A DNA stretch of 63,827 nucleotides, counting the filler, from Platydemus manokwari (lineage: Eukaryota), in the NCBI GenBank assembly GCA_037951405.1. It is 6 parts of 6 records of this genome, joined end to end, with 100 filler letters (N's around TTAATTAATTAA, not from the genome) between each part and the next. Parts side by side here need not be neighbours in the genome. Positions count along the whole stretch, not along the records: positions 54,913 to 63,827 come from JBBMOY011293095.1; 5 more parts are not named here. One strand, given 5' to 3'. The notes beneath the pieces were generated by a model. It was not told where the DNA came from and made no database searches. It was given only the letters and a program-made list of their open reading frames with translations. A program made the translations under genes and the position numbers. Below are positions 54,921 to 63,827 of this stretch, piece by piece; the first letter of the stretch is position 1; each line of letters starts with the position of its first letter.

Positions 54921-54985
<65 letters not shown>
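54913..54985. repeat. (TAA)n microsatellite at contig start (intron of the hydrolase gene)
   Basis: Direct read. Confidence 0.97.
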
Positions 54986-54986
<1 letters not shown>

Positions 54987-54994
54987 TTTCATAC

Positions 54995-55622
54995 CCATAG
55001 GAATGACCAATCAAATAGTTTGAACCAGATCTTGAATAAAAATGATCAAAAATTGCTAAACAATCATTTGCCAATTTGTAAAACTCATAATCGGCAAATA
55101 ATTTACTACGATAACTTGAACCATGACCTAGTAAATCTATTGAGATCACGGTGTAATTCTGTTGCCAAATTAAAAATAATTTCTATATTCTTAAATATCT
55201 CATAAAATACCAAATCTGTAAAAAATTCAATTTGATTCCACCATATATAACTGCTACCAGCGACACCATGAATGAAGAACATAATTTTTTCATTCGATTT
55301 ACAACTTATATGATCTGAATTTGATTTTGTATTCAAATTTTCTAAAATATCGTTAATAAATTTAAAGAATATAATAAAAATTCATTTTTAAAAGTAGTCT
55401 TAAGTTCTATTTGCAAATTAACTTTGATATTTCAAAGAAAATTATTGAATTACAAATTTGAAAAGTTGTCAAATATAGATTAAATTTAAATAAAAATAAA
55501 AACCAACTTTGGAATATGTGCACAGCAATAATTCTCGTGGTACTTAAATACATTAACTTTTCCTCATATTCATATTTATCATTAGTCCGAAAATCTACTT
55601 TTTTTCGAACGACATTACCCAT
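54995..55622 (-). CDS. ABHD8: Alpha/beta hydrolase, ABHD8-like, 5' portion
   Basis: Spliced reading MGNVV..; FFIHGVAGSSYIWWNQIEFF; YTVISIDLLGHGSS; YEFYKLANDCLAIF; YLIGHSYG (nucleophile elbow). Matches the ABHD8 motif series from memory. Truncated at the contig start. Confidence 0.8.
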
Positions 55623-56624
55623 TTAATCACCTTTCAAATATTGAAATATATACTCAAGGTCATATTTATAATAAATTTAGACGAACAACGTAAATAGTAC
55701 CTTTAAATTTCGTTTCAGAAAGGTTTTATATTAGAATATTTTTAATTTCAAAAATTAATGATATAAATTTAACGAAAATTAATTATATGGTTATTTTGAT
55801 AAATAAAATTACTTCCTGTTTTTGAGAGGTAACAGTGCTTCGTAGACTAAATAAGTTTGAATGTTAAATGAAGCAAAATTGTTATATTAATACTAAATAA
55901 TATGAAACCATCTAGGTTCATTGTCTGACTTTTTACATAGAAAGAAAATATTTTTAAGTATCTAAGTCGCCTTAATTACGCTATTCAGAAATTTAATTTA
56001 GTAAACTCCATTTCAATTTGTCTTTAATAAGAGTTTTTGATTAGTATTTAGACTCAAATAGTTAAACACAAATTTGATTAATTTTTTGATATTCGATTTC
56101 ACTAGTGATTGTAATAATAAATATGTATATATTTTTATTAAATTAATTTTATTATGATTTTAGTAGTAACTCAAGATTTACATGATCCGTGATTAATCAA
56201 AGATAAATATAAACAATTATAAATAATAAATTACATAAAAATCACAGTTTAGTATTTTGAAATAATATTATAAAAATATAAATAAAAATAGTATAAGCCC
56301 GCAGATACGTTTAACTAATTTGATAAAATTATATAACTACCGTACAAAAATTATATCATGAAAAGTATAAATACATAGCAAATTCGATAAAATCCCCATT
56401 AAATTAGAGATAGAACAGTAGTAATGATGCAAGCCACAATGTGAAAATTAATAATGAAAAATGATAAATGGATAAAGGGACAAAGTCACACAGTAACAAA
56501 TACATAAAATGACCAATCTCTAGTACACAAAAACCAAGAAGACCAATAGAAACATGAAAAATATTTTTGATATGATAAGAAAAAAAAGTTTAGTTGAAAT
56601 TTTTATAAATAATTTTGAGAAAAC

Positions 56625-57050
56625 TTAATGATCTTCAATTACAACTGGTATGATAATGAAGCTGACATAACTAGTAAAAATATTAAAAAGTTTTGTGAAT
56701 ATAGTGGTATTATTTTAAATAATAAAGATAACGAGGCAAATGATGTATTTTCTAAAAGATTTATTTTAACTTTGAAAAACATAATTTATAAACATTTCAC
56801 AGTTTTAAGCACTTTAAAATGAAACACTTTCATATAACAAAGTATTTAAATAAATATAACAATAAAATTCGCATATTGAAATAAGTAAAAAATTCCGAAA
56901 TCGTTAAAGCTCAGATCGAAGAACGTAGCAATGCTATTAATCATTTAAATTATAAACAAAATTTTAAAATATTTGATAAAGTGCGAATATTTATATATAA
57001 AATTTTTTTAAAAAAATGTGTCATTAAAGTTTGTAAAACTCAAATTATGA
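56625..57050 (+). mobile_element. Degraded Polinton-type (c-integrase) rve remnant
   Basis: DNEADI..KKFCE..RFILTLKNIIYKHFT..KYNNKI..FKIFDKVRI resembles the D.G.EF / ERFNRTLK..KYFT / YNN / FKVGDKVRI series of Polinton integrases; catalytic residues decayed. Confidence 0.55.
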
Positions 57051-57491
57051 AATATAAAAGATGATAAAGATATATTCGGATTTTAAAAACTTCAAATGAT
57101 AAAGACTTAGTTTTAATTAAAAATATGGGATTAAGTTAAGAGAAAGGGTCCTTTGACCCAATTTTAAAATAATGACTTTTCGTGAGTTATTTCATATAAA
57201 ATTTTATTTGTAATCATTTTTAATAAAATTTTTACATAAAATTCAATTTAAGATTAAAAACAAAAATCTATAGCATATTTGGCACTTTCAAAACTTTCCT
57301 CTACAATTTCTACGACGATATTTAGACCTTCAATCATATCTCTATGTCAAGATATTTTTTGATTGTTGAGGAATCTACAAATTTTGTATTTTAATAAATA
57401 ATTTTAAATTGTTGGTTTTATTTTAATAAAAATTGTCAATATTTGTTGATTGTTAGTTTGCTAATGGATATCATTTTTTAAATATTTTTTT

Positions 57492-58290
57492 TGTGTGCAT
57501 CTAAATCTAAAAATAGAACTTACGATGAACGGAAAGCAGAAGTAACTACATTAGTTGCTAAAAATAGACACTAAAACTAAAAATAGCAATATATGCTGTA
57601 CATATTCTAAATTTAGTAACATATTCTACTAAGCATAGAATGATATCAAAAATAGCAACAAAATGCATGACTCACAATAATACACAAAATAGTATAAATA
57701 CTGGCAGAACACCATGACACTTCGCACTTCGACTAATCATAATAGCTATCAATCGTATGAAACTTCTGGCGAAGCTCAAATCCGAAGCAATTATATTTTG
57801 ATCCGCAGATTTTGAAGAAGTTTACCTTTTATTGTTTGCCAATTTTGATAATTAAATTTCGAAGAGTTTTATAATGCATCCTACGAGTAATTTTATTATC
57901 TGTTTAACTAAATTTCGACCCATGGCTAGTCTTAGCCTTGTGGTCTACTAAAATCTTATAAGCTCTACTTAAAAGTTCCCCACCTTCATTATTGTCACGA
58001 GAGGCTTAAACGAGCATTTAAGCGGTACGCCCTTTACTGTTTTCTCGACTAGCACTCTTTGCTCCAACAATAGCGAGCACTTCCTCTAGTATTTTAAATT
58101 CATTGTACTCCGATTATTAATTGTTGATTAATATATTTTATTTTGTTCTATTTTTGCATTTGTTCACTATATTTTATTTTTTTATCACGTATACTTAAAT
58201 ATTATTTTTATTGCATATTCCTAGTGATACAGCGACAACAACCTCTTATCTGTTTGGAGTCCAGATAAGTTGAAGATTATTGAGTGAATC
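57492..58290 (+). mobile_element. Putative LTR (copy B), distant relative of 25815-26676
   Basis: Same architecture as copy A: CTAAAAATAG cluster, AP-1-like TGACTCA, ataatac..aaaat(t)agtata(a/t)a TATA block, GC-richer middle, T-rich stretch, then hairpin with loop TTTGGAGTC. Boundaries approximate. Confidence 0.5.
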
Positions 58291-58632
58291 TAGTTATTGT
58301 TATTAAAATCCTTCTGATAATCAATACATTATTGGTCACATCTTTTTACAAATTGCACATTTGTAATTTGAATTTATAATAACTACAAAACCACCACGGC
58401 AATCTTTAACACATCTTCACCTGTACGGTTTATTTGATTTGGATCAAATCTCCATTTCACTACAACATCGACAGATTCGGGATCTATTTATTTAATCTAT
58501 TAAATAGATATCAATATATTTATTTCGAGAGAAAACACAAATACTTTGTTCCTGGCACTTCTAAATAATTTAGAAGTCACTTTTTATAAAATAACTCTAA
58601 AAATCTTAGATATCTTTCCAATTACTTCTAAT

Positions 58633-58860
58633 TTTAAAAGAAGGGGTCCTCGGCAAATTGTATTTTGACCTAATTCAACCAGTTTTTCAGATAATTAATT
58701 TTTAGTAGATTTTAAAAATCATGTGCATTTATTATTTGATTCTAGATAACTAAAATTTTACTCAAGTACTTAAATAAAAAATTCAAAATGTTATTAAAGA
58801 ATTTAATTAAATAATCTATTTTTGCAATACTCCACAATTTCAAATTTTCATTATATTTTT
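58633..58860. mobile_element. Partial copy of the 48003-48584 MITE family
   Basis: AAGGGGTCC end motif; 58748-58845 aligns to 48450-48560 (aactaaaatt..aagtactt.aataaa.aattcaaaat..aaagaat.taattaaataa). Confidence 0.7.
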
Positions 58861-59549
58861 AACTTTAACCAAAATTTGAAATTCAGTAAAAAAGTAACTT
58901 GTTTTAATATTATTAATCCTAGGTTATTTTAATTACTTATTTTGGAAATTATAGGTTTTATAAAATATTACAATATATATTTATAAGTCAGAATTAGTAT
59001 TCTTACTTTAAAATATATGTATCTTAATATTTTTAGTCACCAACTCTTATTCTTTTTAAAATTTCATAGCTTTCTAAAGGATATGGTACGTTTTTTAATC
59101 GTTTTATTTCTTTTTTATTTGGCAGTAATTTCAGGTATTCTGCATAACATACTTTAGAATATTAATATTTGTTTTATGACTGGTTTGCAAAGGTATTTAT
59201 TTGTAGAAATAAATTATTTAAGACTATCATTTTAATCACTCGTTCAGCATCCATTTTCATAAATATAAATTTATTTCATTCAATTTTCTAAATTTATAAT
59301 AATTTTAATTATCCATTTCTTAAAATCATTTTAATATTTTCATTCCTATTTATTTTTGGTTTTCACATGGAAAATGATTCGGTTCGTTGTTTCTGAAAAT
59401 AATTAAACGATAAAAAATGAAAATAAGACAAAAATCAACAAATTGATTGAAAAATATTAAATTTCCAAATAAAAAATCGAATGAATGTATCTAGATGAAA
59501 AATAAATAAATAAAATGTTAATGTAATAAATCTTAGAATTTTTTCCTTA

Positions 59550-60820
59550 AATTAATGTCCTTTCCTTATTATATCCTATTTTCGTTGAAAACCATTGTCC
59601 ATAAAACTTTTCCCTAATAAATAATATCTGGATAAGAGGTTTATATAACTGTTTGTAGGAATGATTCCGCCATCTTGCATTTAATTCTTGTATCTTCAAT
59701 ATTATTGTTGTTTTGTATTTTTCATTATAATAATTTTCTTAATTAAGAAATTAGCGACCAATAAAGTTATTCACATCCTAAAATTTGTTTAAAAATAAAT
59801 TTTTAACAAAATACTTCATAAAATTTAAAATTACAATGTATTCATTAAATAAAAATAAAAATTTAATAAATAAAATAAATGATCCTTTACCCGGAAATTC
59901 TCCAATAACAATGATGAAATGACCAATGACGTTTGCTTGTATATCTATCTCGTTTTTTAAAATTGAATAAGATTTATCATCAAACAAATTATTTATACAA
60001 ATTGAGTTACGACCAGGAAACATTTTATTTGAAAAATATTTGACAGTATATAATCGATTCGGGACGTATTGTACTACTCTATATATGTAGTTAATTTCGC
60101 AAGTTTCTTATCCAGTGGACGATTGTGGTGATTGAATTGATTTGCTGCAACTATTGTTAAATGCTTTTATTATTAAATCACGTTATCAATAAAGTAAACA
60201 TATAATTCACCGCAATGCATTATAATAATACATTAGAAGATTATTTAAAACTGCATCAAACCTCTGTTCTATTTGGTCAATTTTCATTTCTTGCTATTGT
60301 TATTGTTGTCACTGTGCTGATATTGATACTTGTATGTTTGCTTTAAATTAATATTTATTTTAAATAAACATAATTACTTCATAATCCGATTAGAAAATTC
60401 CGCACTTCAGGTTTTAAATTTATGCAATTCACAATTCAAGAATCCACTGAAAAAGTTGATTCTGTGTGAAAAATCATTGCTTGAGATAATGTTTTCCATG
60501 GCTTATAAGGTCCTTTTCTCTAGTTTGTCTGATAGAATGTGTTTATTATCGATCAATGAGTATGTATTGATTCTTAATTGTTCGAGTTTTCAAATTTCGA
60601 TCCAAAGTTTTTTCCCAGTATTCACTGGCATTGGCCCATATGATAGTTCATTCTTTTTTGTTGACAAGTTTTCTATCAGCGTATTGATTTAGAAGCATCT
60701 GATTGGCTACTTTGATAGTGTGTATATCTGAAAATATGTATACCATTTTTGACCTAATTAAATAGTTTTTTGGCTGTAATTTCTAGCCGACAATGATTGT
60801 TGTGCAAATCTACATTGAAT
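59550..60820 (-). pseudogene. Possible decayed spliced gene or intron-containing transposase
   Basis: Coding-like blocks bounded by plausible splice sites (e.g. TTTCCG|GTAAAG ~59890, TTTAG|GAT ~59777, TTGCG|GTGAAT ~60211) but with stops in every frame; no family recognised. Confidence 0.25.
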
Positions 60821-61059
60821 TTATAAAATTTAAAAGTTGAACATTAATAAGAATCAAAGTTAGGAAGTGCAGAGATTATATAATATTTATTAAAATCTGC
60901 TAAAATATATTAGTAATAATAATAATAATATATAATTTAAATGTAGACCGTCTAGTTTGTCAATCAATTCGCTCTTAACACCTTTATGACTATTACGGTT
61001 TTTGAACTTTTTAAAATTTTTCAAAAGAACAACCATTGATGTTTAGTTGAGCCTACACC

Positions 61060-61095
61060 ATTGTAAATATTACCACACGCCTACCTTGGCAGTGA
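61060..61095 (+). promoter_or_regulatory. Candidate AUU-initiated regulatory uORF (uCC-like), (I/M)VNITTRLPWQ*, in the ODC 5' leader
   Basis: ACC-ATT-G (purine at -3, G at +4) opens 11 codons ending CTA CCT TGG CAG TGA, 8 nt before the ATG at 61104. Confidence 0.5.
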
Positions 61096-61103
61096 TACTA
61101 TTA

Positions 61104-61881
61104 ATGGTAACTAAATCATATTTTTCAAGTCACTTTAAACATCTTAGAATCAATGAGTAGATCAAGATTCTGCCTGAGGATTATGTCGATGGGTTTCGGG
61201 ACAACTGGGTCAAGAAATTATTCTCAAAAATTTCATCTCACTCAAGAACCGTTGAGAAATTTAATGGAGATTCAAAACAAAATTGTGGTGAGTTTATCGA
61301 TTTTCTTGTTTTTATTTACATTTTTATAAAATCTTATTATTATTATCTATGATTGAAAAATGTTTCCAATTATTTCTTCTGTAAAAAATTATATTAGCTG
61401 GTTGGTTTTGATTTATGAACTAGAATTTCCAGACTATTTTCTTAATCGTGACATTTAATACTTAGAATATTAATCTGCGATTTGCAATGATATCAGACAG
61501 GAAATGTATCCAACGAAATGCACCATGTAACCAATGGGAATTATACGTCAATTTAAATATTGAGTTTGTTTTTCCTTTCAGGATTCTCAGGAAACGTTTT
61601 TCGTTGTCAATCTGGGCCATGTTGTTAAACAATATCAACGATGGACGAAATTATTGCCACGAATTCGTCCATATTATGCTATTAAATGTCAGCCTGACCC
61701 GAAAGTTGTGGAATTGCTTGCAGCATTGGGTGCGGGATTCGATTGTGCAAGCCAAGATGAGATGGAATTGGTGATTGAAAGTAGTCGAAAGGCGTACAGT
61801 GATTTGGAGATTGAGAACGACTCGTGGACACAGATTATATCCGATAATATAATCTTTGCCAATCCCTTCAAATTCAAGCAA
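61104..61881 (+). CDS. ODC1: Ornithine decarboxylase homolog, 5' portion (start exon ambiguous: ATG 61104 or 61153)
   Basis: Exon 61582-61881 reads FFVVNLGHVVKQYQRWTKLLPRIRPYYAIKCQPDPKVVELLAALGAGFDCAS..IIFANPFK, with the PLP lysine present. Upstream exon 61153-61287 splices in phase 0. No further exon found in the window. An antizyme-inhibitor-like paralog is not excluded. Confidence 0.88.
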
Positions 61882-63827
61882 GTATGAAAAGAATTAAAAA
61901 ATTATTATCGATTTATTAAAATTATTAAATTTTCACTTTCCACGGGTACGACTTAAATTTGACATTTATAAATTCTAACTTTTTATTAATATTCTAGCAC
62001 GATCTCAGTAATTTCGATAGTTTGTGTGTGTAGTAACTTACAAATTATGAGTAACATCCAATTATCCTTTTAATTATAAAGCTAGAAAAATATTTTTCAT
62101 TTTATTTTTGTTCAAAAATGATGCAAAGATTATCCACTAATTCACTTGATTCAGAATAATTAAAGATTTTGGTGATTAATATGAAGGAATTTATCATTTG
62201 CTTATATAAAGAGTAGATTGTCTAATATGTAGAATCTTAGGCAGAGGAACAACTTCATCTCCGATACCAGAATAAAACAAACACTTTTATTTTATAAACA
62301 TAATTTTAAGATAACTTTTGCAAATTATGATTCCAAAACTCGGCCTGCCACAATAATGCAGCCTTTCCGAGGGATTGGTGTCTCAGTTAGTGGTTAATAA
62401 TTATGAAAATTAAACCATGACTCTGCAATTTAAAGATTATTTTTCGGTTTCTATGTGTTCTATTTTAGCTAAATATATTTTTATTTTGATCTCAAATCAA
62501 TTCCATGTCACCGTGTTCCTAGCTTTCTTCTATAATATTAACATCTTCTAAAAATCTACTGCCATTCTCCTGAAATAGGTCACAGAATACAGCTTCATCG
62601 GTTTTGTTTGATTTATTAATATCATACTCATTCTAGCAATTAATATTTTCCAAATTTTCTCATTAAGTCAACACTGATTTGATCCTAATAAGCTTCAAGA
62701 TTGACTTTATTCATTCTACCATCAAAACATTAATAATTCAATACCAACGTCTAAATTCAGTGCACAATACATCAGACTAATGGTTCAGTTTTTAACATTT
62801 ACGAAACTTATCATTTTCATTTCAATTCTTGAATTGCTCAAAACAATTTCAAACGGCGGGAGATTCAGATCTTATTAAATTCGTGTTTATAAGATAAAAA
62901 TATTCCTGAAAATAAAATTATTCAGTAAATGTCTTTCAGTATGCATCGCTTACCAATTTACTAACTCACTGAGATTTTGACTAGTTGATGTATTTTCCAT
63001 AAAGTTTTCTAATTGTTTCGGAATTTCACCACAAATCTTTTAAAATTATTCTAACCTATGATATTCTACAATACGCCGTTTTTCCTTTTTCTCCACTCCG
63101 ATCCAATAATATTAATATCATTTCATTTAACGATTACATCATATTGCAGACGCAGGGAATATTTTCAATAATTTTTGGAATTCAGCTTTAGTTCCAGCTT
63201 TATAATTTAATCGGATCCAAGAGCTACTTTAACTACAATGATGTTCTCTCTACTATTGGGTACTAGCATAAGATCACAACGATAATACTGTTGAGTATTT
63301 ATATGCTTATAACCGCCAAAATAAAAATCGAAATAATTCTTTCTATCAATAAACTTTCATAACAATTCAATATTTCTTTAATAAATGATAACAATAACAA
63401 TTCATTGGATAATTTTAGTATTTGATATAATTGTCATATATTTAGCTCTGTGTGATTTATAATATAATTTTTTTGAGAAAATAATATCTTTCTGCAAAAT
63501 TTAATGATGCAGTTGTTAATAATCTGTTTAAAATATTTAATTATTATAATTATTTTTGAAATAACAAAAGTTCAGCAATTATTACTGTGCTTATAAACTT
63601 ATTAACCGTTAAATGATTATATTATATGTTCTCACGATATAATCGTGATGAATTTAAAATGTAAATTTTCGTTATGCTTCAATGTAAAATTTTATGTAAT
63701 ACTCGGGAATGTATGGGAAATAAATAAATGATTAATCAATCATATATGCCGAATAACCAAGCAAAATATAAGTAAATAAACGGGATCAAAAACTTATTAA
63801 AACACAATCATAAATTATAACTTACTG

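Noticed and set aside
61104-61160. Stop-codon readthrough at GAG-TAG-ATC in ODC
   Set aside because: More simply explained by a short intron starting at GT 61107
62200-63400. Coding-like minus-strand remnants in the ODC intron
   Set aside because: Probably a decayed transposon, but no diagnostic motif could be identified

Overview
Eukaryotic, very AT-rich animal genomic DNA (spliceosomal introns, many of them 41-50 nt; abundant (TAA)n; dynein-2, so a ciliated organism). A planarian-like flatworm or similar invertebrate is a plausible but unproven source. The window is not one locus: six contigs are joined by artificial 100-bp spacers (N44-TTAATTAATTAA-N44). Host genes: intronless PRMT7; the 3' end of DYNC2H1 (8 exons, one GC-AG intron); the 5' part of VPS35L, head-to-head with a complete BTB-BACK (BTBD17-like) gene; a partial ABHD8-like hydrolase; one unknown spliced ORF; and the 5' part of an ornithine decarboxylase homolog. 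The rest is mostly decayed mobile DNA: Ty3/Gypsy pol fragments and LTRs, an NeSL-type non-LTR element with a Ulp1-like protease, a TSD-flanked hAT, Polinton/Maverick polB and integrase remnants, a Merlin (IS1595-like) transposase, and a MITE family. Two signals are the most interesting. (1) A candidate AUU-initiated uORF ending L-P-W-Q-stop lies in the ODC leader and resembles the polyamine-sensing uCC. (2) Two diverged LTR-like elements share a hairpin whose 8-bp stems differ in sequence but whose 9-nt loop is identical and complementary to the tRNA-Trp anticodon arm. No CRISPR, rRNA or tRNA genes were seen. All family assignments come from motif recognition by eye; no searches were run.
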